Below, piece by piece: positions 49,390-63,772 of a DNA stretch of 64,000 bases. The stretch lies in assembly GCA_010093815.1 (NCBI GenBank), contig ML996566.1. One strand, 5' to 3'. Under the pieces are notes generated by a model. That model was not told the DNA's origin. It searched no databases and saw nothing but the letters and a program-made list of their open reading frames with translations. The DNA comes from Pseudovirgaria hyperparasitica. Lineage: Eukaryota. The translations under genes and the position numbers were made by a program. Numbering within the stretch: position 1 is the first letter of the stretch; each line of letters begins with the position of its first letter.

Positions 49390-49942
49390 GTCATCGTATG
49401 TGGAAACTACGTCTATACAAACGATGCAGAGCAGTAAGATTGAAGGATAATACTGGCAGAAGAAGAGCAGCCATCGGCCCGTTTGGCCACGAGCCGAAGT
49501 GCATTATATCTGTCGTAGCGTCATCATGTGGAGTTTGGTACTGCCGAGGATTTAGCTTCATATCTAGAGAGGGTGGCTAGCATGACAGCCGAAAACAAAC
49601 ACCCATGGCCCTGCAAAGAAACCTACATCCATACAGGTGGAAGACATCCATGTTTTGATGCTCGAGTAGTTGCAAGGAATATCTCGGATGTTGTTGATGC
49701 CTGCGGGGTTGACAGCCATGACACTGATGACAGCCAGGGTAGTCGATTTAGGCTTGCCCCTGAGGCATCAAGGCAGCATTTTGCACAAAGCGCTAAGCAA
49801 CTGGAACGACGTCGGACTCGCAAGCAACCTGACCTTTAAAAAATTCACGAGGGCTCGACAAGGCTCTGCAGCTCGACCCCAGAATCTCTTGTTCTACACC
49901 ACAGCGCCACAACTGATGGCCGGCACGCATTTTTCATGATCC

Positions 49943-51013
49943 ATGACGTGTCGCTATCTTTACCGATGTCTCCAGCCGACTAGTCGAGTGTTTCTGTCGT
50001 CTACGTTCCCCAAATGGCAGTCCGCTCTTACCATTCCGTCACTTGAGCCATCACGCTCTTACGCCTTCAACACGAGCCGCAAAAATCGCAATAAGACTAC
50101 TGGCAATGCCACCGATCCGAAGCTCGCTCAGTACTGGGCTACTATCCACGATGCTGAAGCCTACCTTAAATTACCCTTGTCAAAAGTCGATGGTCGATGG
50201 CGCGCGAAACGCCTGAGAGGGCGGGCGAGGGCTTTGTTGCAGCAGAAGATCGACAAGAAGATAGAAAAATCTGGTGATGACCCAAAGGAGCGCTCCAGGC
50301 TCGTCAAGAAGATGAGCGCATTCGAATTAGAACTTTACCACGAGGACGAAGGGACCGTTGCCTCTGCAAGCACCATACCAGATCTTATAGGAAAAGCTTT
50401 AGACGAGTCTTTAAAGATGGAAGCAAAGGCCCACGTGAGGCCGTCTCCCGGCAGTTCAGAACCGAACAAGACCAAGGATGTTGGAAATACCAGGCACGAG
50501 AGACCTGCGCGTCCAAACAAGAACAAGGAGCCCTGGCAGGTGCAGAAAGAGGCGCTCAAAGACAAGTTTGGCGATGAGCCTTGGACACCCAGGAAGAAGC
50601 TTTCACCAGGCACCATGGACGGTATGCGTATGTTGCATCAATCGGACAAGGCGAAATATACAACTGCGGTTTTGGCCGACTCTTTCAAGATCTCGCCCGA
50701 CGCGGTCAGACGCATTCTAAAGAGCAAATGGGAACCTTCTGAGGAGGAGGCCGATGAAAGACGAGAACGGTGGGAGCGCCGAGGCCAGAAGATATGGGAG
50801 AATAAGGTTGAGATGGGCATGAAGCCACCTAAGAAGTGGCGCGAAAGGGGTGTTGGCCGTGCAGAGCCTGGCTTCTATCCCAAGTGGAAGAAAGGAGGGC
50901 AGGCGAAGCCGTTCGCTAGTGACGACCCGTTACCGTTCGGTGAATCATATACTGAGGTCAGAGCACGCAAGGAGCCCAGGGATATCAGGACCGTCTCGAG
51001 TCAGATCCTGTAA
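49943..51013 (+). CDS. RRG9: Required for respiratory growth protein 9 (neugrin domain), mitochondrial
   Basis: [43 protein letters not shown]; Arg/Ser-rich presequence-like N-terminus. Confidence 0.88.
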   Translation: MTCRYLYRCLQPTSRVFLSSTFPKWQSALTIPSLEPSRSYAFNTSRKNRNKTTGNATDPKLAQYWATIHDAEAYLKLPLSKVDGRWRAKRLRGRARALLQQKIDKKIEKSGDDPKERSRLVKKMSAFELELYHEDEGTVASASTIPDLIGKALDESLKMEAKAHVRPSPGSSEPNKTKDVGNTRHERPARPNKNKEPWQVQKEALKDKFGDEPWTPRKKLSPGTMDGMRMLHQSDKAKYTTAVLADSFKISPDAVRRILKSKWEPSEEEADERRERWERRGQKIWENKVEMGMKPPKKWRERGVGRAEPGFYPKWKKGGQAKPFASDDPLPFGESYTEVRARKEPRDIRTVSSQIL

Positions 51014-51451
51014 AGTTCGAGATGTATTGTAATTACTGTACCATAAGGAATAAATGAATGTATAAATATCCAATAGACGCAACTAAGTGCGTGTAGTGGA
51101 GGTAGGGTATGTAAATTAGAGAAAGTGCAAGGCATGTGTCACGGGTGTAAGCCAAGACGTAGATCCATCCGATGTAGTGGGTGGGTCAACTCCATCCATA
51201 GTCCAACGCGGAGCTGTTAAGGTTGTGGACTGTAGTACCAGCCACAACTTATCCTCGTTCTCCAAGTTTCACCAACATATCAGCTTGTGGTGTTGAGTGA
51301 ATACAGCTACCGGAACAATCGAAAGCACAACTATTCGGATGTCCAATTGAATTCGTGCACGGCAAAAGCATGGCGCACCCTCGAACTCCATGACCGCACT
51401 CCTCCGCAACCCCTACCCCCCAATGGTTGAGCTCCTCAGAGAGCTTGAATT

Positions 51452-53958
51452 ATGTCCTCCAACATCAGGGTCTTCGTTCAATGGAAAGACGCGACGGTAT
51501 TTGCAGGCGAAGATCTCGAATGCACAATAACCTTCAAGAACGTGGCGTTGCTTCCACAGGCAGATCGATCGCCCAATCGAAGACAGAACGGCTTCCTTGC
51601 AGCCGTTGAACGACAGCAACACCGAAACCCTGCCCTCAGACCTTCTGTGAAGCCCTCGCTGTCTCGAAACTCCTCGTTCGGCCCACAACTACCTACACAG
51701 CATGCGAAAGGGCATCGGCCCACCCTGTCCTTGAGCACCTCCGCAACTACTGTTCCCTCAATATCGCAATTCGCCGGAGGAGCCAACACGCCCACGAGTG
51801 CAGGTCCACATGGGAGATCATTGTCGATAGTATCACTTGGTAGCGGAGGCAACAGAGATCCCGATCGAGCTTCACATAGCAGTCCGCGAAGACCAACTCG
51901 ACCGCATGGCCGGTCTGCTAGTCTACAGGTAGTACCAGGCAAGAAGACTGGAAGTCCTCATACAGGTAAGACAGGATGGTATACTTCTCGGGACTGTGCT
52001 TACGATTTCAAGGCTCACACAGAGCTCAGTCGGCCACACAGACGCCTACTGTCTTCAGTTCAGCAGCGCCTGCTTTGACGACTCCTTCACGGTTTTCCGG
52101 CGCAAAGCGAAGCGGCATAACACACATCTCAAGTACCGGTCGTCGAGGATCAGGTTCTTTGACACCACACTTCAAGTTTCCGCAAGGAACAGTGGACAAT
52201 GAAAATGAGACAATATCAGAGCATCCAGTAGGAGTGTATGGGCGGCCGCCACGTGTGAGAGGGAACAGCCCTCGACCGGCAGATGAGATGTCTGCAACAG
52301 GCGAAACGTTGTCACCTGTTGCGCGACTTCTATCGGGTACGAGCATGAATGGAACACCTCGGAGCAGCGGAGAATTCTATTCGATGAGCAATCATTCTTC
52401 AGAGACCCTCCCCTCTGAATACATTACCCAACCTATGGCTCGCTTACTGCCTCCCTCACATTCACGGCGATCCTCTCAAGCTCCGCAGCCACGTGTTGGG
52501 CCGGAATCGCTGATGATGGGCTACGCTCAAGTCATGGGTTCCTTCACCTTGGACGGGTCTCTCATCAATCAAGCTCCATTTGAGGAAGTGAAACGCAAGG
52601 GCGTACTTGGAGGACAAGGAGGTGGTGGTGTGGTGGGCGTAGAACGATTGAAGAGGGACAGTGGATTATTCGGCGCTCTAGGATGGGGAACTCTAGGAGA
52701 GTCTTTGGGTGGCCTTCTTGGAACATCAGAGCCAAGCAGCATGCGAGAGATGCGTGGTATAGCTAACAGCAAAACCGTGCCACTCTTAACAACACCCCAA
52801 TCCATTCTGTTCGTTGACCTTAGGCTAGCCCCTGGAGAAAGCCGGAGCTATCGATACAAATTCAAACTACCACGAGGCCTACCACCAACGCATAAAGGAC
52901 GTGCAGTCAAAGTAGCATATCATCTTGCTATAGGAACTCAGAGACCAGGAATGGTAAACGGGCAGCAGCAAGTGCGGCATGTCGATATTCCTTTCCGAGT
53001 TTTCGGAGGGGTCACGGGTCAGCTCTATCGTACAGTCCGAAGTAGTTTCGCTAACTCTAATGCAGGGGAAGGAGAAATACTGGGTCACGATCTGATGTCT
53101 CCATATATCATACTTCGGGACGAAGCCCAGACGGAGAGGATAGATGTCGAAGTCGCTACTCCCCATCAACGCAAAACACCTAAACCATCACCGCGCATCG
53201 GATCAGGATCAGCAGATTTCCTAGACTATGTCAATAATCTCCTCGACAAACCAGACGACAACTCTACAGCCGGCCTTCTCTCCCCAACAGCCGAAGACCC
53301 TCGCCGCAAATCGATCGCGGAAGAGCTCCCCAATACGATGAAGGAGATCATTGATCTGGCCATAATGCGCTGTAACAACGTCGCATCATCCTCCCAAAGC
53401 ACCTCACGATTTGATATCGCTCGTTCTGGGTATCGTGTTGCGACCATTAACCTCGGCCGGCCCGCCTACCGCCTCGGGGAAACGATCTCCGTTGTCATCG
53501 ACTTCTCAAACACCGACATTCCCTGCTACTCTGTTATCTTCTGCCTCGAGACTGCCGAGCGCGTCGACCCCGCCATTGCTCTGCGCTCTCACTCGAGTAT
53601 ATATAGAGCGACGCGGAAAGTACATGCTGTGTTCTCCGATAATGCGCTCTATTCGCAAAGACTGACATTTGCGCCTACGATACCTCCGAATGCGACACCG
53701 GATTTTGTTACGTCGGGTGTGAGTCTGGAGTGGCGCCTAAGAATTGAATTTACGACACCACGCCTGACGTACGAGGAAGTAGAGGAAGGTGCATGGACGG
53801 ATGTGCTTGAAGAGGTGGGGAATGATGATCGAGGAGTCATCCTAGCAGCGGCTGAGAAACTACCATGCGAGACCTTTGAGGTTTCGGTTCCGATACGGAT
53901 TTATGGGGCCGTGACAGGATGCGTAGAGAACGTGAGCGAGGGAGGGTTGGTGGTGTAA
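51452..53958 (+). CDS. RGP1: Rgp1 subunit of the Ric1-Rgp1 Rab6/Ypt6 GEF
   Basis: Introns 51966-52012 and 53018-53065. Motifs VFAGEDLECTITFKN, LMMGYAQVMGSF, TPQSILFVDLRLAPGES, RLGETI, LEWRLRIEF. Confidence 0.9.
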
Positions 53959-54851
53959 GGCCAGGCCAGGCACTAGATGAAGAAAGATGGCAAGACGGAG
54001 CAGAGCAGAGGAATGTCATGGATACCCGGCAAAGAACTCAGATAGCATGTGTGTAATTAAAGAAGAAACATGTGCTCATACACTGTATATACCTCATCCA
54101 TGAATAGATCGCGGACATATACACGACGCACAGTTCTCCCTAACGTGATGATTAAACACCTATACCATGAATTTTCTACAATTTTATACTCCGCCTAGGT
54201 GTCAAGTAGTCTGGCGAAAAGCAACGGAACTGCCTCTGGCGCTGTTGGCAAGTACCTGATTTCCGGGAAGCCGGAGGGGGGGGCTTGGCGGGAATGTGGA
54301 CGATAGCGAAATTATACGCTTCACAAACAGTTCAGGTACTCAACGACTTACGAAAGTACAAGATTTCCGTTTTAGGCTGGGGTGTGACCAATAGCCAATC
54401 ATACGCAAGTACCGGCGCTTCATGCCTTGGTGCCTTAGGTAAACCTGCCAGCCATGGAGACGGGAATAGGCTACACCAATGGCAAGAACGGATTGATCAC
54501 TATCAACCAGGCATGGAGAGTAAGTTCGTAGGCCGCTCTACTACTACCTTAGCGAGAAAACTATATACTTTCTGTGGTGAATCAGTACCAACAAAATTTA
54601 TAAGTTTGATCTATTATAAGTATTATTAGGTACTTGTTTAACCCTGGCTACACCCCTGCGCCCCTACTTTGCGTGTCAAACTCCAACTTGATCACATCAG
54701 TCTTCAGCTTTGCTGAGCATATGACCACCTTTCGACAGTGAAAAGGTGGTTCTAGCAAAGAGGCCCTGCTGGGGCACAATACACAAAGTATCTTGAGTCA
54801 ATAGAATGCCCGACATTACAAGTATGTATAATAACTCCGACTCTGGAGATC

Positions 54852-56873
54852 TCATTCGTCATCTATATGCCTTGGTGCTGGAAAATACGTAGTTCCGGGC
54901 AGGAGCTGGTCCTCCGAGTCTCCGTTGGCTTTCTTCTCTTCATCGCTCGCATCGTCCGGGCCCCCTGACTTATCAAGCGCTAGGTTGCTGAAGAGACGGC
55001 CGACATGATCGGCGCCGAATATCCAGAACAAACATGCGAACGCGATTGGTGCCACCCCCACAGAGAAGCCGAACTTGGAGTAAAACACAATATCTACCCC
55101 ACCCACGACGCCAAGTACGATTGCAACGATCGTTACATGTACACGCGCGGCAATCGCGATCCACATTGATATGTCGAAGGCTGTTCGACGAGAGAGAAGA
55201 TTCAGGACAACGGTAGTTGCTGCAAACAGTGCTAGTGCGCCCCAGAAATAGCTGTATGCTGGCGTGTAGAGGTCTCGTTCCAAGCCATGTATTTGCTCGG
55301 CTGTCGGAACTTGGTTGTCCACCAGCGTCGAGGCGTAAATACCACCGGCCACTGATGAGAACAGATTGTAAATGGGTTCTGTTAGCGCTGATACCCAGTT
55401 CGAAGAGCCAACAGGAGAGGCGAGAATGTCACGTGTGTTTTCTGGATTGCAGATCCCCGTCGTATTCGCGACGCGTTGCAAGGAGTCATTAATCAGCGGT
55501 ATAAGTTGTAGAGAGTTTGCTTTGTCCTCAAGCTTGAGATTGTCGACCACAAGTTGTAATGGGTCCACAAGCTGGGACCCTTCGAGATGCTGGTAGGCGC
55601 AGAGATCCTGTATATCATCCGCAAAATCGAGGATGGTGTTATGAAAGTATCGCCCCCGTACTAGCTGCTGCACTCCTTCTACCACACCGATGATCGATAG
55701 GTGAAGTGGGAAATGCAAAAAAGCCCAGAACTGTTGTCGTAGAGTACCGATCAGGCCATCAGGTGTACTATCAAAGTAGATTGCGTACATCATGAAGATG
55801 ATCTACCCCACAGTCAGGATGTTTGTGTTCAAGGACGAATGGACGATGTAATAGAGATAGTACTGACCAAGAGGATTACCAATGTCAGTCCATAGTACTC
55901 TGATACTTGGGTTGTACGGAGGATAATCGATATCGTCTTCCCAATTCCAAGAATACCTTCGCCAATGACAATGAGTGTCAAAAGTCCCATTCTCTCAACA
56001 AGATGTGTGTGTTTGAAGCTGATGTCGCGCCACTTTGCTGACACACCCAATACACAGATGATTTCGATGACCATTGTGGCGTACCAGACGACGTAAACAT
56101 ATCTTAGATAATCCGGAGTACGAAACGCGAGACTCAGAAGCCCGAGTGCTGTTGCCGAGATAGAATAGCACAAGACGTTCAAGACGACTGGTAGAATGAC
56201 TTGCTTGAGACCGCGAATGTAACAGAAATATGCTACGTTGAGATACTGAATTGCGAATAACGCGCGACTGGCAGCAAGAGCATAGCTCAGTATTTGAAGA
56301 GTCTCGTTGGAAGGTGTTTGGCTGATACCGTACGTCCGACTACCGGTTGGCTGGAAATGTGATCCGACAAGTGAGAACACGACGAATACGGCACATTGTA
56401 CCAGTTTGCATGCACGCTCATACATACAGTCATCTGCGAAGCGAACGTCAAACATGGTTATCGAGAACCATGTGCCCCAGAGAATACCGAAGAAAGCTAT
56501 TAGGGTTAGTCGGTTCAAGCTTGATCGGAGTCTTCCACGTCAAATCGACACGTACCAACATAGTTCACAAAGCCGTCATTATCCACTATGATGTGATATT
56601 GGGTGAACAGAGCCAAGTTAGCCACGAAGAAAAGGTCAAAGAATAGCTCCATTGAATTGGCTTCGTGGCGCTGGGAAAACGAGAAATGCGTCGGCCCTTC
56701 TTTCACATTAAGAGTCGGATCTGTGATCCATGGTAGTAACGGGTATCGCTTCTTCTGTGCAGTGGGCTTTCCATCCCGAGCTGCCCTATAAACGGTCAGC
56801 CCTGTCCACCAGAGTATAATCTTTATGAAGGAAGTGTGACTTACTGACGAAAAGTTGGCATCCTAGTGACCAT
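54852..56873 (-). CDS. LtrA-like (low temperature requirement A) multi-pass membrane protein
   Basis: Four exons. Motifs ELFFDLFFVAN, DVRF..D, HLVERMGLLTLIVIGEG, WAFLHFPLHLSI. Confidence 0.8.
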
Positions 56874-58054
56874 GTTGTGTTAAAATCGAATTGAAGTCTG
56901 TATAGGAATAAGTGACCAAGGAGCTAGATTTTGGGGGGTCCTTATGTAGATGCCAGCGGGTCTAGCTGAGATGTCGCTGTGTCGGGACTCCATACGGGGA
57001 ATGACGCAGCATTGCAGCTATGCCGTCTAAAGATCGTGTAGGTGCACAGCTGATGCGAAGCCACTGGGTTGGGGGCTCTGTCATAACGTTACTCGATTCG
57101 TAGTAACCACGAGCACGTCCACACCCACTCCTCGCTTCTAATTTAAGAGATGAAGATGGGTCTGGTTGATCGATCGGGGTGTATGCACCTAGCCAGCGGC
57201 AATGCTTAGTCTTGTGAGGCGTTACGCTCGCGAGCTCGTGTTGGCTTGCGGTGCGATGATCAGATCTCTTCCTAATTGAGTAGATACGCGTATAGTACTT
57301 CATAGTATTAGTGTTTAGATCGTATCCTGCAAGGCTTGTTAAGTCTCAAAGTAGACTAGTGTACGTCTAAAAGCTTAGCCACCAGATCAATTGCTGACTT
57401 ATTGCGAGCCAAGTACGATGACGTAGTGGTCATACAAATTGAGTTGGTTATAGTACGCGTAGGGAACGCAAGTCCAGTGGGTACAAGGAGTGTCTGTTGA
57501 TATCGAGTAAAGGTCTCCGGGCTGAAATCTGGCAGTCAACAACGCACCCAGTCGATGTTGCAAGCTACACTAGACCTCTCCTTGTGATATCCATGAAGCC
57601 TTCGAAGCTCTTGGTTAACCATTTTCCTCGCTCTCCATTAATCCAGGCTCTTATTCGTCAATCTTAGACCCCATGGCACAATTGTGCCGCTCCAGCCTTT
57701 GTTTATACTGGATGAAAGTGACAGCGGATGGTGGTCGGACCGATACCATTATCAGTACACTTAATTGGGAGCAACTATATGCATGCAAGCTGTATGACGC
57801 GTTGCAGAGAAGACTTTTACAAGACGAACGCGTATGAGGAAGCGTAGTAAGTATTGTACATAGCTAAGTGTACGGTGGTGGTTGATATTGAGGTATCGCG
57901 GTTGTCTCTTTTTAAGGTGGTGCCATGGATCACCCGCCAGAGCCCAGGGTCAGGCTATCGAGAATTGTGGTCCGGTGGCCGTTACCGGCTAAATAATGAT
58001 TGCAGAGGACTCCCGCATCATCAATTGGCCGTCCACGTTTCTAAAGCTGCACTG

Positions 58055-58061
58055 TGACTCA
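58055..58061 (+). promoter_or_regulatory. Gcn4/CpcA response element TGACTCA upstream of tryptophan synthase
   Basis: Perfect TGACTCA about 130 bp upstream of the ATG of an amino-acid biosynthetic gene. Confidence 0.6.
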
Positions 58062-58191
58062 CTACTCTCCACAGAGTCTATTGTAGAGTTGAGCTGTCGT
58101 CCTTGTCTGTCCAAGGGATTCTGTTATCCTTTTACATCATATATACAATACGATTGATCATTCCTGAAGTACCAATTGCCCCTCTATCGCC

Positions 58192-60486
58192 ATGGACGCC
58201 ATCAAACGCACATTTGCGCAGTGCCGCAAAGAGCAGCGAGTGAGTTTTCGACGCTTACCCACAAGGTCGTCCACTGATTACAATGGCAGTCCGCCCTCGT
58301 GACTTATGTCACCGCTGGTTATCCTACCATTGAGGAGACGCCAAATGTCCTCCTTGGCATGGAAGCTGGTGGCGCCGGTATGCATTGTAGCACCACACTC
58401 TGGTGGCAAGATGTTAACGAGAAAATGACCAGACATTATCGAACTTGGAATGCCATTTACCGACCCAATCGCTGATGGCCCAACGATCCAGAAGTCCAAC
58501 CTCAAAGCCCTCCAGAATGGGGTCACGACTGAATCCTGCCTCCAAATGGTTCGCGATGCACGCAAACGTGGACTCAAGGCTCCGATCCTTCTGATGGGAT
58601 ACTACAACCCGGTTCTCAGCTATGGTGAAGACAAGATGTTGAAGGACACGCGTGAAGCTGGAGCCAATGGTTTTATCCTCGTTGATCTGCCTCCTGAGGA
58701 AGCCGTTCAATTTAGAAACAATTGTGCCTCTGCAGGCCTCTCTTACGTTCCTCTAATTGCACCAGCAACATCTGAGGCTCGTATGAGAGTCTTGTGTGGC
58801 ATTGCCGACTCCTTCATTTACGTCGTGTCAAGAATGGGTGTGACCGGTGCAACTGGTACCATGAACGCTGCTCTACCGCAACTTCTTGAGCGAGTCCGCA
58901 AGTACTCAGGCAATAAACCCGCAGCTGTTGGCTTCGGCATCAGCACACGAGATCATTTCTTGAGCGTAGGAAAGATCGCAGATGGTGTAGTCATTGGTAG
59001 CCAGATCGTCAACGTTTTGTCTGAGGCCAAAGAGGGGGCTGCTGCCAAAGCAGTGGAAGACTATTGCAGTGATATAACCGGTCGACGACCCGGGAATGAC
59101 TCTACGACTCGCGAAGTTGGCATTGTTGAAACGATGGCCGAAGCTGCGGAACCGACTGGCGTTCACCCAACCAAGGTCATCCGTGACGGTGACGTTCCAG
59201 ATGGCCCTGGTCTCATGGATCAGATTGATGACCTGAACATCAACGGAGTTAACGAGCATACGAATGGAGATGCCAAAGGAGTCGCAGGCCCATCTCGATT
59301 CGGCGAGTTCGGTGGCCAGTACGTCCCTGAATCACTGATGGACTGTCTTGCTGAGCTTGAGACTGGCTTCAACGAAATGAAGGACGATCCCAAGTTCTGG
59401 GAAGAGTATCGTACGTACTATCCGTACATGGGCCGCCCTGGCCAGATGCACCTCGCTGAACGTCTCACTGAGCACGCCGGCGGGGCGAATATCTGGCTCA
59501 AGCGCGAGGACCTCAATCATACGGGTAGTCACAAAATCAACAATGCTCTTGGCCAAGTTCTCCTTGCCCGCCGCCTCGGCAAAACTGAGATTATCGCTGA
59601 AACGGGTGCTGGCCAGCATGGCGTCGCGACCGCGACTGTATGCGCGAAGTTCAATATGAAATGCACAATCTACATGGGCGCCGAGGACGTCCGTAGACAG
59701 GCCCTCAATGTGTTCCGAATCAAGCTTCTAGGCGCAGATGTCGTCGCTGTCGAAGCTGGCTCTCGCACATTGCGCGATGCAGTAAATGAAGCTCTACGCC
59801 AATGGGTCGTCAACCTGTCCACGACGCACTATATCATTGGATCTGCTATCGGGCCACACCCTTTCCCAACCATTGTTCGCACTTTCCAATCCGTCATCGG
59901 AAACGAGACGAAGGAACAGATGCTATCTAAGCGCGGTAAGCTCCCCGACGCTGTGGTCGCATGCGTTGGCGGTGGAAGCAACGCCGTTGGCATGTTCTAC
60001 CCGTTCTCCAAGGACCCCAGTGTCAAACTTCTCGGCGTCGAAGCCGGAGGCGACGGTATTGAGACTGGACGACACAGCGCTGCGCTGACAGGCGGCACGA
60101 AGGGTGTGTTCCACGGCGTCCGCACATATATCATGCAGGACAAGCACGGTCAAATCCAGGACACGCACTCAGTCTCCGCAGGACTGGATTATCCTGGTGT
60201 TGGGCCAGAGCTGTCGAGCTGGAAGGACTCGGAGCGAGCGAAATTTATTGTTGCTACCGATGCCGAGGCGTTTGCCGGTTTTAGACTCATCTCGCAACTC
60301 GAAGGTATAATCCCGGCCCTTGAGACGGCACATGCTGTCTGGGGTGCGCTAGAGTTGGCGAAGACAATGTCCAAGGATCAGGATATCGTTATTTGTGTTA
60401 GTGGACGCGGTGACAAGGATGTACAGAGTGTTGCTGAGGAGTTGCCCAAGTTGGGTCCTCAGATCGGCTGGAATTTGAGGTTCTAA
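58192..60486 (+). CDS. TRP5: Tryptophan synthase (fused alpha-beta)
   Basis: Two 5' introns. Alpha motifs [17 protein letters not shown] and LMGYYNP; beta motifs [27 protein letters not shown] (PLP Lys), [17 protein letters not shown]. Confidence 0.99.
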
Positions 60487-61096
60487 GAATCACCATGTTA
60501 GATTCATGATAGATATGTACGGACATGCACGGACGTAGTTGACTTCTCCTCTTCTGACGGAGCTCTCTGTAGCTTCGACCCACTTCAATCGAAAAGAAAC
60601 GGCCCTTCACTCGCTCGGGCATGCTTTTGAATCTTTCTCAGTGCACTTCTAACATACTTTCTCTGTTCGTTCGATGCTAGTGCTAGATCCTGCTACTCTG
60701 GTGCTATCCATGTCACACACAGTTCACCCATCTCCTGCAATAGCTACAGGTGTTGTGACAGGTATGGCAACACACCGGGTCGCTCCTTCCGTAAGGAGTC
60801 TACTTCGCCTCGTCACACTATAGCGTCTCACATGTGCTGACTGCGATTGGTTTTATTAGTACAAATATATATTCTCAACATTGTAGACCAGGTGCTAGTA
60901 TACTATGTTATTATATCATGTCTTCGCATTATATAAGACCTATCATTTGCGCCCAAGTCGTCTATGCTCTTCCTCATCTACATGCCCTATTAAAGTATAG
61001 GCCCACGGAGGGAGTCTTATCATCGTTCAGTTGGTATCAATGAGTGGATTAGGCTGATCCTGCTTCGTCGTCATCATCATCGTTCCCACCTTCTAG

Positions 61097-62572
61097 TCAG
61101 TGACTCCGAATGGCCTCTATCGTTGTGAACCCTTTCGCTGCCGCCTGCAACTCTTCCTCCTTTGATGTGTCCGACTGGTCTAGGACCCGGACCGCCGCAA
61201 GCGCAGCATCGACTTCTTCCTCGGCACGATAGCCGTATATCCACGGCTGCACCTCCGGACATGTCCACCGACTTGGAAATGCGCCGGTCAACTCCTTCCC
61301 GAGCTGGGACAGGAACAGCTCGTCCCGGGCTTCTTGCTCAGGGCCGTTCTCCATGTGGAAGTCTCGTCGTTGCTTGAATGTCTCGCGGACGATGGCCTCG
61401 CCGCGTGATTTGCGAAGCCGTTGGAAGATCTCGAGGAGTTTGGGGAGGTCGGATCGGTGCTCTAGGCTGCCGAGGAGGCGCCCGAGGACGGCGCCGTCTT
61501 CCATTGCGGAGTTTGCACCCTGGGCGAGATATGGGAGCATGGGATGGCATGAATCGCCGCTGTGGGAGATCAGTGTGGACTCTTTGCACTTGCGAAATGT
61601 TCTTACATCATGACAAAGTTTGACTGTGCATTGACCCACGAGTCCATCTCGTCCCGATGCATCAGCTTCCACTTATCCACAGTAGTGACGCATTTCAGAA
61701 ATCTGGTCAAAACGGGATCCCAGCCGTCGAAGAGCTTCATCATTTCATCCACCGACCCCTGTTGCTTCGACACATGTTCTGGTAGGTCGTCCGGGACTAG
61801 CAACACAATGTTATAGATGGTACCATCCCGAATAGAGTACGCAACAACGTGAGCTTTCGGCCCAACCCAGAAGCGACACGCAGGTTTCGAGACCATGTCT
61901 CGAAGATCCTGATCCTTTATCTGGTCCAGTGGCAGAAGGATGCGATACGCCAGATCTCCGGTTGGCAGGGGCGTGTCTTTTTTCTTGAGCAGACACTCTC
62001 TACATTTCGACCATAATCCGTCCGCAGCAACAATCATGTCGCAATGGTACTCCGCACCGGATTCAGTGGTCACTCGTGGTGCATCAAAGTCGATATTCGA
62101 TACTCTCGTGCCTAGCTTCACAGCTACGCCCAGTTCATTTGCGCGTCTGGCCAGTTCCCGTTGCACATCTACACGATGCAGATCCCAGAACGGCGCGCCA
62201 TATCTTTCACGCATGTGCACGTTGAACTGATCGTCCTTTGCCAAGAGCTTTCCGTCGGAGTATCGATGGACTGATAGGACGGTGGGCTCTGCGGCGGACT
62301 GTTTGAGGCGATCATACACTCCCCATGCCTGGAATAGCCGGGATGCATTGGGAGTTATTTGTAGGCCAGCTCCAACCTATATCGTTTGGATCAGTTTCTG
62401 CGGTCGATATTGCGAGGTTCAATAGTTTTACCTCAGCGAGCTCCTTGGCGCTTTCTAATATGGTCACTTTGTGTCCATGAAGAGCGCATGATATTGCAGC
62501 AGCCAGACCTGCAAGTCCAGCTCCGACGACGATGATGTCAAGTTGAGAAGATGAATGTGTCCTGGCAGCCAT
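61097..62572 (-). CDS. FAD-dependent monooxygenase (salicylate hydroxylase-like, group A)
   Basis: Three exons. Motifs VVGAGLAGL, E|VGAGLQITPNASR, VAADGLWS, GDSCHPMLPYLAQGANSAMEDG. Confidence 0.93.
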
Positions 62573-63772
62573 TGTCACATTGAACGTTCGTGGGCACTCC
62601 AGACAGACTGATTATAGATACATGATGAGTTGATGAGGGTGTTTATGGTTATGAGAAGAGATGCGATCACCTAAATCACAGACATCAAAGTAGTTACGGG
62701 CAAGTCGGCACCTTTCTGTGGATCATGTCACGGCGTTGACGGTGAAGCCTCGGAAAAGCCAGATGAGATATTTTGCCAGTTCGGTTAACCGTTACATCGA
62801 GATGGAACGGTCGAGGCCGTGAGCCCTGCCTATTTGCCTGGAAAGGGCCAGCCTGTTGCGCCACTGGACTTGCGAGCTGTGATAGATGTGGTCCTGGTTC
62901 AAGAGGTAACATGGAAGAGTTATGACGGAGCGCGGGCTTCGAAAGCGGGAGGTAAATTTCGAGATCAAGCATGCCGGAGAGGCGTTGTCCAGACGGGCAA
63001 GAACTCCCGTAGAGGTTGTTGCAACAAGGTGGAGATGTGGAGATGTGGAATGTGGCTTCGGAATTGCCGACTGTTATTGTAACAGTTGTGTAGACCTTAA
63101 TAGATGATAGGAGCATATGTCGGGGTCGGTGTCGGCTTGCTGACATAATACACAGGCGGCAGTACTTCGGTGAGTATCATGAATAGGCCTGAAAATACAG
63201 GCATCAAATAGTGCCCTCGCCGATTGGTCAGACGTTGCTACAGCTGCGCTAAACTTCGTTAGGATGTGCACACTCCGTGTATGTACGAAATGAGAAGTCA
63301 CGTGCTTTGCTGTATCAGTTACCCCCGGTCGAGCGTTTCTCCGCCTCCGCCTCCGCCTCCGCATCCGCATTGGGAAGATGAAGACGCACGTGGTGGATAA
63401 TGCTTCGGGCACGATCTGAGCCTCAATCAGACTGTTTGCAGTCAACTTCACCTACTATCAGACGTTCCTGGTCAGGGACAGTGAGGTGTCTGCATGCTGC
63501 AAAGCGACAGAACACGAGAAATCCGAATCAAAGTTCAAACCTCTGCCGAAGGGGGCATAGCTCGAATTTGGTAGCTTGCAGCAAGGTTCCAACAGACACC
63601 TCACCTTACCGCACCACACCCGCTCTGTCGATCTGCCTGTTGCGAAAACCTAAATCGACCTCGACCATTCCTCGTGTTTCCAAACGCCAACCTCAATTGA
63701 AACGGAGGATTTTCTACCTTCGTCCTCGATGTCTCTTCTTCTCTCAGCACATTCTTCCTCCGTGGCAGCACC

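Noticed and set aside
27928..60486. YUCCA-like FMO plus TRP5 as an auxin cluster
   Set aside because: They are about 28 kb apart with unrelated housekeeping genes between them, and the FMO substrate is unknown.
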